NCBI GenBank assembly: GCA_044344255.1
Contig: JBIJDH010000018.1
Span: forward strand, 32,001-96,000
Origin: Myxococcota bacterium
GTDB taxonomy: Bacteria > Myxococcota_A > UBA796 > UBA2385
DNA: 64,000 nucleotides
Reading direction: 5' to 3'
Made by a program: the position numbers and the translations under genes. Positions 1 through 10,381 of the stretch are shown one piece after another (positions within the stretch are counted from its first letter, which is position 1; each line of letters starts with the position of its first letter). The notes beneath the pieces were generated by a model. That model was not told where the DNA came from. It was given only the letters and a program-made list of their open reading frames with translations, and made no database searches.

Positions 1-1443
1 CACCGCCCACTCCGCCGCGGCGAGGATGCTGGCCTTGTCCTCGCTCCGCCCTCGTGCGCGCTCGGGGGGCAAGGGCGTCGGGTAGCGCGTGAGGAGCGAG
101 GTGATGAGCCTGTCCCAGGCCTCCTGTCGGTCGAGCTCGGTCAAGCGCTCGGCGGCGAAGGCCCTCACGGTGGGCAGCATCTCCAGCCGCCCCTCGCCCG
201 ACCGCCGCAGCAGGCCGGCGCGCACGAGGGTGTCGAGCGTGGCGGGGCCCCGGGCCTCGACGGCCCCCCCGAGGAGGGCCTCGGCCGTCTCGAGGGAGAA
301 GCCGTCCTCGGCGAGGGAGAGGCGGGCGAGCGCCGCTCGTGCGGGCGGCGGGAGGAGGGCCCAGGTGCCCTCGAGCACGCCCAACATGGCGCCCTGCCGC
401 TCGGGGGCGCTCGGATCGGAGAGCACCCGCAGCCAGCCTGCGCCGCTCTGCTGCTCGCGGAGGAGGCTCGCCAGAGCGCCCGGGCCGACGAGGGCGGTCC
501 GCGCGGCGGCGAGCTCGACGGCCAGCGGGATGCCGTCGAGGCGGCGGAGGACGGCGTCGGCCGCTGCGTCGTCGAGGGCGGCCTCCGCGCGGGCCCGCAG
601 CAGGGCGCCGGCGGCCTCCGGGTCGAGGCCGAAGAGCGGGAGCCGTGACTCACCGGCGATCTGGAGCGGTGCGCGGGAGGTCACGAGCACGCGCAGCGAG
701 GGGGAGAGGTCGAGGCAGAGCTCGACCATGCGCGCCGTCTCGACGAGGGCGGACTCCGCGTTGTCGAAGAGGAGGAGCGCGTCGGGGGCCTCGGCCAGCG
801 CGGCCTCGATCGCGGCGCTCGGGCGCGGCGAGGTCGCGGGGGCCCCGACGGCGCGCAGCACCGCCGCCTCGACGTCGGCATCGCCGCGGGCCGCCACGAG
901 GTCGCAGAGCGCCACGGGGCCCGTCCAGCGAGCGGTGGCGAAGTGGAGGGCGAGGCGCGTCTTGCCGATGCCCCCCATGCCGACGAGGGTGACCAGGCGG
1001 TCTCCCCGCTGGAAGCGGGCCCGGAGCTGCTCGAGCTCGGCCGCTCGGCCGAAGAAGCGGTTCCGCTCGGCGGGAGGACGCCGGAAGGCGGAGCGCGCCC
1101 CCGGCACCTCCGCCGGGGCGGGCGGCGGCGGGGGCGCCACGACGCGCGCGGACAGACGGTACCCCACCCCCCGCTCGGCGAGCACGACGGTGGGCTCTGC
1201 AGGATTGTGCTCGATCTTCGTGCGCAGTCGCCGGCAGGTGTGGAAGACCGCCCGTGTCTCGGCGGAGGGCGCGTAGCCCCAGACCTCCCGGAGGAGCTCG
1301 ACGGTGCCCACCACCTCGCCGGCTCGTTCGGCCAGATAATGAAGGAGTTCGCGCTCTTTGGCGGTCAGGCTGGCGGTGGTGCCACCGCGGCGCACGAGGC
1401 CCGACTCCGTGTCGCAGGTCCCATCGGGGAGGTGGAGCAGCAT
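1..1443 (-). CDS. OmpR-type winged-helix DNA-binding domain fused to STAND/NB-ARC ATPase (partial, runs off the window)
   Basis: Manual translation from ATG 1443: MLLHLPDG...LTAKERELLHYL...LLREVWGY...RRLRTKIE...GVGYRL (Trans_reg_C-like), then LVTLVGMGGIGKT (Walker A), LLLFDNAE (Walker B) and LDGIPLAVELAAAR (GLPL motif). Not in the ORF track because there is no stop in the window. Confidence 0.85.
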   Translation of the reverse strand, partial: MLLHLPDGTCDTESGLVRRGGTTASLTAKERELLHYLAERAGEVVGTVELLREVWGYAPSAETRAVFHTCRRLRTKIEHNPAEPTVVLAERGVGYRLSARVVAPPPPPAPAEVPGARSAFRRPPAERNRFFGRAAELEQLRARFQRGDRLVTLVGMGGIGKTRLALHFATARWTGPVALCDLVAARGDADVEAAVLRAVGAPATSPRPSAAIEAALAEAPDALLLFDNAESALVETARMVELCLDLSPSLRVLVTSRAPLQIAGESRLPLFGLDPEAAGALLRARAEAALDDAAADAVLRRLDGIPLAVELAAARTALVGPGALASLLREQQSGAGWLRVLSDPSAPERQGAMLGVLEGTWALLPPPARAALARLSLAEDGFSLETAEALLGGAVEARGPATLDTLVRAGLLRRSGEGRLEMLPTVRAFAAERLTELDRQEAWDRLITSLLTRYPTPLPPERARGRSEDKASILAAAEWAV

Positions 1444-1573
1444 GGGCGCACCGTAGCCTGTCTCTGACGCAGGTCCTGCGTCCGTCCGCGTCTGGGACGC
1501 ATCGCGTTGGGGGGTGATGAAGGGAGCGGTGGTCGCGAACCCCGCGCCCCGCACCCCCGCCCTGGAGCACCCC

Positions 1574-3181
1574 ATGAACCCGCTGTCCCGCCGCCTCTCC
1601 TCGATCCTCGGCCTCACCCTCTCCGCCGCAGGCCTCCTTGCCCCGGCCGTCGCCAGCGCAGGCTCCGCCGGTATCAACGGTGTCAATTGCGGCTTCGCCA
1701 CCATCCAGGCCGCCATCAACGCCGCCCCCGATGGGGGCACGGTCTTCGTGAGCGAAGGTGTCCAGACCGATCCCGGCTTTGTCGTCACCAAGCGGCTGAC
1801 CATCCGCCGCGGCACCAGCGCCTGCCAGGCGGGGGGGGCCGGGATGGCGGTCATCGACTTCGCCGGGGCTGGACACGCGGAGATCGCCGACGACCTCTCC
1901 GCCGTCGTCTTTGAAGACCTGAGCCTCCTCCGTGGCGCGTCCTCCACCCAGGGCGGCGGGATCCTCGTGGGCGAGCGCTCGAACCTCGACCTGCGGGACA
2001 GCGCGGTCTCCCTCAGCAACGCCGACGAGGGCGGCGGCGTCTACGTCTCGGCGGGCGCCACCCTCGAGGCCGACGGCCTGCTGCTCGTCGGCAACACCGC
2101 CGAGGACGGGGGTGGGATCTACGGCGGCCCCGGCGCCACCCTCGACCTCTCCACCAGCCTCAGCGGCGACCTCCACTTCGCCAGCAACACGGCCAGCGGG
2201 CTCGGCGGCGGCCTGCTCTGCGCCGGCTGCACGCTGACGATCGATCGCGGCGTGAACGACTTCGCCGACGTGGTCTTCGAGGACAACGCGGCGGATCGCG
2301 GCGGCGCCGTCGCCGTGCTCGACGGCGACTCGGAGGTGGCAGAGGCCACGGTCTCCACGGGCAGCTTCGAGGCCAACGAGGCCGACGCGGGCGGCGCCTT
2401 CTACCTCTACACGAGCGGCGCCATGCGCCTCAGCGGCCTCGACCTCCTCGGCAACAGCGCCCGAGTGGGCGGCGCGCTGGTGGCCGACACGGCGAGCGAC
2501 GTCGCGATCGAGGGCGCGCTCTTTGAGGGCAACGTCGCCACCGCGCTCGGGGGCGCCATTCACTCGCTCTCGAGCGACCTCCTCGTCGAGACGAGCCGCT
2601 TCGAGGCCAACGCGGCGGCGGCGGGCGGGGCCTTCCTCTCGGACGCCGAGGTGCCCTTCCACCACTCGACCCTCGTCGATCGCTGCACCTTCTTCGACAA
2701 CACCGCGACCGGCGGGAGCGCCGGCTCGGCCGTCGAGGTGCGGAGCGCCGTCAATGACCTCACCCTCTCGAACAGCCAGGTGGTGGGCGGGAATTCCCCG
2801 GTCTCCCCTGGGGCCGCGGTGCTGGCGCTGAACGGCGCCACGCTGCACCTCTTCGACTCCACCGTCGCCTACAACGAGCGCTGGGGCGTGGCGAGCGTGG
2901 GGGGCACCGTCGAGATGAAGGGGGACATCGTCTGGGCCAATACCAACGGCGTGACCGGCGCGGGGCTCAGCGCCGTCTGCTCGGACGTCCAGGGCGGGCT
3001 CTTGCCGGGGGCCCTCAACCTCTCCACCAACCCCCTGTTCACCGATCCCGCCAACGCCGACCTGACGCTGCAGGTGGGCTCTCCGGCCCGCGACGTCTGC
3101 GCGGCGCACCCTGGCACTTCGCTCGACAATCACGATCGCAGCGTGAACCAGACCAACATGGGCGCCTACGACTGGAACTGA
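1574..3181 (+). CDS. Secreted right-handed beta-helix protein with polymorphic-membrane-protein-like GGA(I/V/L) and FxxN repeats
   Basis: Signal peptide (MNPLSRR...AVASA), TIQAAINAA start motif, repeated GGG/GGA and FxxNxA motifs, C-terminal NPLF...L...SPA.D...MGAY. Confidence 0.75.
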   Translation: MNPLSRRLSSILGLTLSAAGLLAPAVASAGSAGINGVNCGFATIQAAINAAPDGGTVFVSEGVQTDPGFVVTKRLTIRRGTSACQAGGAGMAVIDFAGAGHAEIADDLSAVVFEDLSLLRGASSTQGGGILVGERSNLDLRDSAVSLSNADEGGGVYVSAGATLEADGLLLVGNTAEDGGGIYGGPGATLDLSTSLSGDLHFASNTASGLGGGLLCAGCTLTIDRGVNDFADVVFEDNAADRGGAVAVLDGDSEVAEATVSTGSFEANEADAGGAFYLYTSGAMRLSGLDLLGNSARVGGALVADTASDVAIEGALFEGNVATALGGAIHSLSSDLLVETSRFEANAAAAGGAFLSDAEVPFHHSTLVDRCTFFDNTATGGSAGSAVEVRSAVNDLTLSNSQVVGGNSPVSPGAAVLALNGATLHLFDSTVAYNERWGVASVGGTVEMKGDIVWANTNGVTGAGLSAVCSDVQGGLLPGALNLSTNPLFTDPANADLTLQVGSPARDVCAAHPGTSLDNHDRSVNQTNMGAYDWN

Positions 3182-3317
3182 CGCGGGTGGCGGGCCAGGG
3201 GGTGCCGGGCGGGCGCAGGTGCGGAATGCACCTTGCCCGCCCGGCCGGGCACGGTTTAACGGGGCGGGCAGCCAATCGCTGACCCTGGTCACTCAATCCC
3301 CTTCTCGCGAGACCCCC

Positions 3318-4139
3318 ATGGACATCAAGAAGCTCCAACAGATCGTGATGGAGACCGTCGTCCCCCTCGGGACCAGCCTGATCACCAACCTCATCGTCGC
3401 GCTGCTGTTCTGGCTGATCGGTCGGAGGCTGGTGGCCCTCGCGATCGGCTTGCTGGACCGCGCCCTCTCCGCCCGCAGGATCGATGACACGGTCCGCCGG
3501 TATCTCACCTCCGCCCTCAACATGGTGCTGACCGGCGCGCTGGTCGTCGCCATCTTCGGCTACCTCGGCGTGGAGACCACCACCTTCGCGGCGCTGCTGG
3601 CCGGCGTCGGCCTCGCGGTGGGCACGGCCTGGGGTGACCTGCTCCGCAACTTCGCGGCGGGGGTCTTCATGCTCGTCCTCCGCCCCTTCAAGGTCGGAAA
3701 TTACGTGGTGGCCGGCGGCATCGAGGGCACCGTGGTCGAGATCGGCATGTTCGTGACTGCCATCGACACCCCCGACAACGTGCGCACCTTCGTGGGCAAC
3801 AACGCCGTCTTCGGTGGCACCATCAAGAACTTCTCCAACAACGCCCACCGCCGCGTCGAGCTCGTCGCCCAGCTCTCCAGCGACGCCGACTGGAAGAAGG
3901 TCATCACCGAGCTCCAGACGCGCCTCGCCAAGATCCCGAACGTGGTGGCGAACCCGGCCCCCGACGTCTACATCCTCACCTTCAGCGAGCGCGGGCCTGT
4001 CCTCTGTGTGCGCCCCCACTGCCACACGGACCATTATTGGCAGGTCTATTTTGACACCAACGCCCTGATCGCCAGCGTCGGCGCAGATCTCAACCTGCCC
4101 ACGCCTCAGATCCCGGTGCGGCTGGCCGGGAACGCGTGA
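3318..4139 (+). CDS. mscS: Small-conductance mechanosensitive channel
   Basis: Three N-terminal TMs, then GLAVGTAWGDLLRNFAAG, RPFKVG, GTVVEIGMF and IKNFS...RRVEL MscS motifs. Confidence 0.9.
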   Translation: MDIKKLQQIVMETVVPLGTSLITNLIVALLFWLIGRRLVALAIGLLDRALSARRIDDTVRRYLTSALNMVLTGALVVAIFGYLGVETTTFAALLAGVGLAVGTAWGDLLRNFAAGVFMLVLRPFKVGNYVVAGGIEGTVVEIGMFVTAIDTPDNVRTFVGNNAVFGGTIKNFSNNAHRRVELVAQLSSDADWKKVITELQTRLAKIPNVVANPAPDVYILTFSERGPVLCVRPHCHTDHYWQVYFDTNALIASVGADLNLPTPQIPVRLAGNA

Positions 4140-4155
4140 TCGTCGAAGGGGCGGC

Positions 4156-6387
4156 TCAGTCGAAGGCGAGCTGCAGGTAGACCGCGCCAGCGGCCATGCC
4201 GCCCGTGCTCTCACTGTAGGCGCCCATCGCGAGGTCGCCCCAGCCGTCGCCGTCGAAGTCACCGATGGCGAGGCCGTGGCCCAGCGCCTCATCGGCGCCC
4301 TCTCCCACGAAGCGGGCGGTGGCGTCGCTGGCCGTGAACCGGCCGGCGCGGACGGGGCCCATGAACAGGTAGGCGGCGCCCGCGCCGACCTCCATGGGGG
4401 CCCCGATGAGCAGCTCGTCCACGCCGTCGTGGTCCACGTCCCCCACGGTGTTGCCCATCCCGAAGTATCCGTTGGCGACCTCTCCAAAGATGACGAGGTC
4501 GGCGACGTCGAGGCCGGCCCTGTCGTTCGCCGGCCCGAACACCACGTAGACGGCGCCCGCCTGCATCCCGAGCTCGCTCGAGAAGGAGCTGATCACGGCG
4601 TCGGCGAGGCCGTCCCCGTCCACGTCGCCCTGGGAGACGCAGTAGCCGGACGACTCGCTCGGCTCGATGCCGGCGTAGGCCCCGTGCGCGTCGTCCATCG
4701 TCGTGGTGCCGCTCAGCGGCCCGGTGAGGATGTAGGTGATCCCGGAGTTGGTGGGTCCGACGCTGGCATAGACCGCCGGCACGATGGCGTCTCCGATGCC
4801 GTCTCCGTCCATGTCCCGCCCGGCCCGGAGGTTGCGGCCGAGGTATCCCATCTCCGCCGTGCCCTCGATGAGGGCGTCGGCGTCGGTGGTCATATCGATG
4901 GTCCCCTCGAGCGGGCCATACTCCACATAGACGCTGCCGCGGGCCCCAAGCGTGTTGTAGGCCCCGATCACCGCGTCGGCGACGCCGTCTCCGTTCATGT
5001 CGCCGACGTCGGAGCCATGGCCGAAGTAGGAGTCGGACTCACCGAGCAGCGTCACGTCGGGGGCGTCGAGGGCCCGGTCCTCGAGGACCGGACTGAGGAG
5101 GATGGCGACGTTGGGCGGGCTCGCCCAGGGGGCGCCGATCTCGACGTCCTCGAACCCGTCACCATCTACGTCGCCGAGGCCGATCGATCGGCTGGCCCCG
5201 TAGGTGCGGGGCACGCCGGCGAGGTTGTAGCCGACGTCGGGCAGCGCGTTCGTGCCGTCCGGGATCGCCCCGTAGACGAGGAAGGCGCCGCCGTTGAAGG
5301 CGTGGGCGTAGAGGGTGGCGACGAGGAGGTCGTCGACGCCGTCCCCGTCGAGGTCGGCGGCGTCGAGCAGGCGGCCGGCGTCCATGTTGGCCCGGTGGGC
5401 GGTGAGCTTCGTGCTCGCCTCGGAGACCAGGTACTCGCCCCCGAAGCCGCCGAAGGTGTCGTGGCCGTCACAGTCGTCATCGATCCCGTCGCCGGCGGCG
5501 TCCTCCGCCCCGGGGTGGATGGCGGGGTCTGTGTCTTCGCAGTCGCCGCCGCCGCAGCTCTCGGCGCCGTAGCCGTCTCCATCCGCGTCGAAGCCCTCGT
5601 CTGAGGCGCCGTCGCAGTCATCGTCGAGGCCGTTGCAGACCTCGAGGGCGCCGGGGTGGGCCACGGCCTCGTCGATCAGGCAGTCGCCGCCCTCCAACAC
5701 CCACCCCGCCGGCGGATCGCAGGCGTCGAGCTCGGTGCTGTCGTCGCCGTAGCCGTCGCCGTCGAGGTCTTCGTACCAGAGGGCGGGCGCGTCCGCTCGG
5801 TCAGGCAGGCCGTCGCAGTCGTCGTCGTCGTCGTCCCCGCAGACCTCCTCCGCGCCGGGGCTGCGACTGGGGTCTGTGTCGTCACAGTCCTCTCCCACCC
5901 AGGACTGGTCGTCGGCGAGCACGCAGGTGCGGGTGCGGGCGGTGGAGTCGCCGTAGCCGTCCCCGTCGGCGTCGGTGAAGGCGACCTCGGGCGCGCCAGG
6001 GTCGGCCTCGCCGTCACAGTCGTCGTCGAGGCCGTTACACAGCTCCTCCACCCCGGGGTGGACCGCGGCGTCGGCGTCGTCACAGTCCCCGTCGACCTCG
6101 GCGTACCCGCCCGGCGCGGCGCAGCCCTCGACCGACCCCTCGGAGCGGCCGTAGCCGTCGCCGTCGCCGTCCGGCCAATAGGCGACGAGCACGCCGTCAT
6201 CCACCGCCGCGTCGCAGTCGTCGTCCTTGCCGTTACAGCGCTCGGTGGCCCCGGGGTGGATGCCGGGGTGGGCGTCGTCACAGTCCTGCTCCGCGCTGTA
6301 GCCGTCGTTGTCGTCGTCGGTGACCTCGCCCTTGTCGCCGCAGCCGAGCAGGAGGAGGAGGGCGATCGGCATGAGGGGGCGGGACAT
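4156..6387 (-). CDS. Lipoprotein with MopE-like putative metal-binding repeats and C-terminal FG-GAP/integrin-alpha propeller
   Basis: Lipobox LLGC; repeated DxDGDGYG...DCDD...HPGA.E.CNG.DDDCDG; GDVDGDG..D...GAP repeats. Confidence 0.8.
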   Translation of the reverse strand: MSRPLMPIALLLLLGCGDKGEVTDDDNDGYSAEQDCDDAHPGIHPGATERCNGKDDDCDAAVDDGVLVAYWPDGDGDGYGRSEGSVEGCAAPGGYAEVDGDCDDADAAVHPGVEELCNGLDDDCDGEADPGAPEVAFTDADGDGYGDSTARTRTCVLADDQSWVGEDCDDTDPSRSPGAEEVCGDDDDDDCDGLPDRADAPALWYEDLDGDGYGDDSTELDACDPPAGWVLEGGDCLIDEAVAHPGALEVCNGLDDDCDGASDEGFDADGDGYGAESCGGGDCEDTDPAIHPGAEDAAGDGIDDDCDGHDTFGGFGGEYLVSEASTKLTAHRANMDAGRLLDAADLDGDGVDDLLVATLYAHAFNGGAFLVYGAIPDGTNALPDVGYNLAGVPRTYGASRSIGLGDVDGDGFEDVEIGAPWASPPNVAILLSPVLEDRALDAPDVTLLGESDSYFGHGSDVGDMNGDGVADAVIGAYNTLGARGSVYVEYGPLEGTIDMTTDADALIEGTAEMGYLGRNLRAGRDMDGDGIGDAIVPAVYASVGPTNSGITYILTGPLSGTTTMDDAHGAYAGIEPSESSGYCVSQGDVDGDGLADAVISSFSSELGMQAGAVYVVFGPANDRAGLDVADLVIFGEVANGYFGMGNTVGDVDHDGVDELLIGAPMEVGAGAAYLFMGPVRAGRFTASDATARFVGEGADEALGHGLAIGDFDGDGWGDLAMGAYSESTGGMAAGAVYLQLAFD

Positions 6388-6492
6388 CGGGGGGCTCCAG
6401 CACGACGGGCGATCATACGTCGTGCCGGTTCGATCCGCCGCGCCTTCATCGGCCACGTGCTCGATGCCAGGCCCGGACTGGGCGGATGTGGG

Positions 6493-7287
6493 TCAGAGGG
6501 GCTCCATCACCAGCCAGGGCGTGGGGCCCTCCCGCCACTCCCAGGTGGCCAGCAATTGGTCGAGGTGCCCGAGGCGCTGGAGCCAGTCGGGGAGCGGCGG
6601 AGCGGCGAGGCGGTGCTCGACGCGGGTGACCCTGTGGCTGTCGGCGAAGCGGCGCGCGAGCGTGTCGGTCAGCCCGGGGATGAAACAGTCATGGCACTCC
6701 ACCACCACCGTCATCGCGCGGAGGCCGGGGCTGGCGACGGGGTCGAGCAGCTCCCGCTCCGCGCCCTCGATGTCCATCAGGAGCCAGGTCTTCTTGTCTG
6801 CGAAGGCGGCGAAGTCGGCGGGCGTGAACAGACCTCCCACGGTCACGCGGTCGCCCACGCCGTTGAGCTCGGCGACGGCGCGGCAGGCCGCCTGGGCGAG
6901 GGGGTTGAGGTCGTGCGCGAAGACGGGGACCGCGGGGAGCCGCGTCGCGAGGCCGACGGCGTAGTACCCATCGGCGCAGCCGACGTTGAGCACCGCGTCC
7001 CAGCGCTCCAGGAGCAGGCGCTCGACGTAGGGGTGGAGCTCGTGCTCATAGCAGCCGAGCAGGCGCGGCGCCGAGCAGCCCTCCGTGACCTCTCCGACGA
7101 AGCGGAGCCCGGCGAAGGGCCCCGTCTGCACCACGTTCCCGCGCTCGGCGACCAGGGTGTTGGTGATCAGCCCGTGGCGCCACTTCGAGAGGAGGCGGGT
7201 GAGCTGGTTGAGGTCCTCGTTGCTGAGCGCTGACCGCTGGGCGAGCGCCTTTCGGAGCAGGATCTCGACGGGCTTCTGCGGAGGCAT
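6493..7287 (-). CDS. Putative SAM-dependent methyltransferase
   Basis: LLGCYEHELH, VLNVGCADGYY (SAM motif I) and MDIEGAE (FkbM-like). Confidence 0.7.
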   Translation of the reverse strand: MPPQKPVEILLRKALAQRSALSNEDLNQLTRLLSKWRHGLITNTLVAERGNVVQTGPFAGLRFVGEVTEGCSAPRLLGCYEHELHPYVERLLLERWDAVLNVGCADGYYAVGLATRLPAVPVFAHDLNPLAQAACRAVAELNGVGDRVTVGGLFTPADFAAFADKKTWLLMDIEGAERELLDPVASPGLRAMTVVVECHDCFIPGLTDTLARRFADSHRVTRVEHRLAAPPLPDWLQRLGHLDQLLATWEWREGPTPWLVMEPL

Positions 7288-7558
7288 CGGGCGGCTCCTG
7301 GGTCCCCAGGGGAGAGGACCGGGCGTGGACCTATGCTCCGCGGGGGCGGGCGAGCAAGCGGGAGACCCGCGCGGGGAGGAGGGGGAGGGGTGACGGAGGT
7401 CGACGAAGGGTGGTGGACATTCGTCAGTCTTCACCACCACCCAGACGGTTGAAGGCTCGTTTTTTGGTGGCATGCCTCCTGCATTGGGGGGCGCCACGCA
7501 CCGTCCGACCTCGACCGCCCTCCCGGCGGCGCCCACCCGGCGGTGAAGTGGCTGTCCC

Positions 7559-8359
7559 TTGACGCTCCGCCCGCTCTCTCCCCCTGCCGTCGCCCTGGCT
7601 CCTCCCGCCGCGCCCGCCGCGCCGATCGTGCTCGAGCTCCGCGGGAGGGCGGACTACCTCGGCGCGGTCTCGGTCATCCTGGCGATGAGCGACGGTCACC
7701 GGCCGCTGCAGCCCGTGGTCGTCCAGATCGTAGAGCCGGTCGGCCTCCCCTCCGTGCTCCACCTCGGCGAGGCGGGGGAGGGGCTGCCGGTTGACCTCAC
7801 CCTGGACGGAGGAGGCCACCGGCTCCGGCGCTGTCGCGTCTCCTTGGCGGGCCGGCGGGTGGTGGTGCGGGACCTGCACCTCGAGCCGGAGGGCCTCGCG
7901 GGGGACGCGCTCGTGGTGGACGCGACGCAGGCGGTGGAGCTGCACAACCTGAGCGTGACGGGGGCGGGGCGCGCACCTCCGGGCCGAGGCCCGCGGGGCG
8001 CGGGGCGCAGCGTCCTCCTCAGCGCCTCGGGCCCGTCCGTTCGGGTGGTCGCGGAGGGGGTGAGCGTCCTGGACGCGGGCTCTCCGGGCTCCGTCGTGCT
8101 CATGGGACAGGGGCAGGGATCGTTTGGCGAGGTGGACTGGGTAGAGGGGCGCTTCGGTGGGAACATCGATCCCACCTTTGTCACCGGGGGGGTGACGCTC
8201 ATCCGCGCCCGGGGCACCCAGCACATGGGCGCGGGCAGGCTCCTGTCGGCGCTGCCTTCGACCCTGCTCCTCGAAGACTGGACGGAGGTGCCCGCCTCCC
8301 AGGCCCTCCTCGACGCGTGGCGACAGGCGGCTCGGGGTGCCCTCGGAGCGCCCGGGTAG
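7559..8359 (+). CDS. Hypothetical protein (start uncertain)
   Basis: 266-aa ORF with protein-like composition filling the gap before the calpain-like gene; no recognised motif. Confidence 0.5.
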   Translation: MTLRPLSPPAVALAPPAAPAAPIVLELRGRADYLGAVSVILAMSDGHRPLQPVVVQIVEPVGLPSVLHLGEAGEGLPVDLTLDGGGHRLRRCRVSLAGRRVVVRDLHLEPEGLAGDALVVDATQAVELHNLSVTGAGRAPPGRGPRGAGRSVLLSASGPSVRVVAEGVSVLDAGSPGSVVLMGQGQGSFGEVDWVEGRFGGNIDPTFVTGGVTLIRARGTQHMGAGRLLSALPSTLLLEDWTEVPASQALLDAWRQAARGALGAPG

Positions 8360-8458
8360 CGGCACCTTCCCGCGCGCTCGCCTCTCTCTTCCGCCTGTCT
8401 CTCCCACTGTTCCCACCCTCCCTTCGCGCCGTCCCTATGGGACGGAGAGGACACCGCC

Positions 8459-10249
8459 ATGTCCAAGCGCCGCGCCGACCTTCGCTCCACCTCCCGAGAT
8501 GCCGCCCGCTCCGCCACCCCCGAGCAGGGGAGCGCCGCTGACCAGGCCGGCTCCAACCGACAGACCGGCGGCGCCGGGATGAGCGCCCGCGCCGAAGACC
8601 AGTCGGCGGCCGGTCAAGGCGCGACCCCCGTCACAGACCCCACGACCCCGTCGGAGGTGGAAGGGGAGCCGACCGAAGAGGGCCCGCTGAGCGTCGGCGA
8701 CAGCCAGGCGCCCCCGGAGCGGGCCGCGCCGGCGGTGGTGGAGGGCGAGCGAGCGGTGAGGGTGCTCGTGACGGCCGACCAGCCGCTGATCTTGTCCGGC
8801 CAGGCGGCGCCGCCGGCCTCCGCCTTGGTCGAAGAGCGACCGACCTCCGCGGAGGGCTCCTCCGAGGACTCCGCGGAGGACACGGCGGAGTGGGTTACGG
8901 TGACGCGTCAATACGGCACCGTGGAGGCGCCGTTCAGCGCCGCCTGCCTCGATCCGGTCGCGGTCTTCATCGGCGGTGAGCCCCAGCTCGCGGACATCCA
9001 GCAGGGGGCCATCGGCGACTGCTTCCTCCTCGCGGCCCTGGCCGACCTGCTCGGGAGTGACCCCGCGCGGATCAAGGCCATGATCCACGCGGACGCCCGC
9101 TCTGTCGCGGTGGACTTCTTTCGTTTCGATACGACCGCCGGCCAGTGGGCGCCGGTCACCATCCGGGTCGGCCGCGACCTGCTGCACTATCAGGACGGGG
9201 CGGACCTCTCGGGGTTGGTCGGGGCGGGGGTTCGGGTCGCCGCCAACCCGACCCAGGGCGCCTGGTTCGCGGAGGTCGATCCGCAGGGCCTCGGGGTCTG
9301 TGTGGACTGGACCTATGAGGCGGCCTCCTGGGTCGCCTATCTGGAGAAGGCATACGCGGCCTTCGCCGAGTCCTACGGGAAGTCGGGCGGCGCGCCCCAG
9401 GTCGCCGAGGCAGACGACCCGACGGGCGATGGGGTCTCTGGCTACGAGCACATCGACGGCGGCTTCGAGCGGGACGTGTACCGTGTCCTCTGTGGAGGCG
9501 ACGTCGTCCGCACCGGACGCTTCGGCATCGACGGCTGCGCCGACTCCGACTTCCTGATGGCGAACGCGGCGGTCATTCGAAGATTGGCCCAGGCGAGCGT
9601 GCCCGGGGAGACGGTGGACCGCTGTCTCACCGCCTCGATAGACCCAGGCAGCGCGGCCGAGCGGCTGCTCGTCGAGCTCCAGCGCGTCCTGTCCTGCGAG
9701 TGGATGAAGCGTTACCCCGCCTATCTTCGGGAGGAGCTTCAGTCCCTCGCCGCCGCGATCGGCCTGTGGAGAGACGCCCCGCTGTCCCCGTCGGACGAGG
9801 CGGACTCCCCCCGCGCGGCCGCGCTCGAGGCGGTGGCGGTCCGCGCGCGGCACCTCGTGGAGCCCGGTCGTTGGCCTGCCCTCGCCTCCGACGCGGAGGG
9901 CGGCGCCTTTCGGGCGCTCTATGAGCTGCTGCTCATCAACGCGACCAGCGGAGACGCCGAGGACCCGCAGCACACGATGACGGAGCACGCCTACTCGGTG
10001 CTGGGGGCCACGTTCATCGACCGGTCGGGGGCGGTCATCCCGATCGAGGGGGCCCCCTCGGTGGAGACCATCGCGACGATGGACGCCGACGCCTCCCAGG
10101 TGTCGCTCCGCAACCCGCACGGCGCCAACTCGCCGAAGCCGGCCGGGCCCGTTCCCGCGGATGATGGGCGCTTCTCCCTCAGCCTCGGCCAGTTCCTCCG
10201 GGCCTTCAGCGAGGTGGAGGTGGGGATGGTGAAGCGGACCGGCGCCTGA
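8459..10249 (+). CDS. Calpain-like (C2 family) cysteine protease
   Basis: DIQQGAIGDCFLLAAL (catalytic Cys), WVAYLEKAYA, HAYSVLG (His) and LRNPHG (Asn). Confidence 0.85.
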   Translation: MSKRRADLRSTSRDAARSATPEQGSAADQAGSNRQTGGAGMSARAEDQSAAGQGATPVTDPTTPSEVEGEPTEEGPLSVGDSQAPPERAAPAVVEGERAVRVLVTADQPLILSGQAAPPASALVEERPTSAEGSSEDSAEDTAEWVTVTRQYGTVEAPFSAACLDPVAVFIGGEPQLADIQQGAIGDCFLLAALADLLGSDPARIKAMIHADARSVAVDFFRFDTTAGQWAPVTIRVGRDLLHYQDGADLSGLVGAGVRVAANPTQGAWFAEVDPQGLGVCVDWTYEAASWVAYLEKAYAAFAESYGKSGGAPQVAEADDPTGDGVSGYEHIDGGFERDVYRVLCGGDVVRTGRFGIDGCADSDFLMANAAVIRRLAQASVPGETVDRCLTASIDPGSAAERLLVELQRVLSCEWMKRYPAYLREELQSLAAAIGLWRDAPLSPSDEADSPRAAALEAVAVRARHLVEPGRWPALASDAEGGAFRALYELLLINATSGDAEDPQHTMTEHAYSVLGATFIDRSGAVIPIEGAPSVETIATMDADASQVSLRNPHGANSPKPAGPVPADDGRFSLSLGQFLRAFSEVEVGMVKRTGA

Positions 10250-10381
10250 GGCGGCGCCGAATCAGCGTTGGGAATCGGTGGGGAGCTGACCCGCTGCGAC
10301 CAAGAGCACGCGCCCCAGAGCATCGTCGAGCAGGGAGCCTGGTTCTTCCCGGTTCACCGTTGCCCGGCGGCAGGCTCGGGA

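Noticed and set aside
650..3292. Long antisense or alternate-frame ORFs (also 8435-10120, 35848-37089, 46721-50374, 53353-55479, 60180-62300 and many more)
   Set aside because: Shadow ORFs typical of high-GC DNA, lying opposite or over genes with clear motifs.
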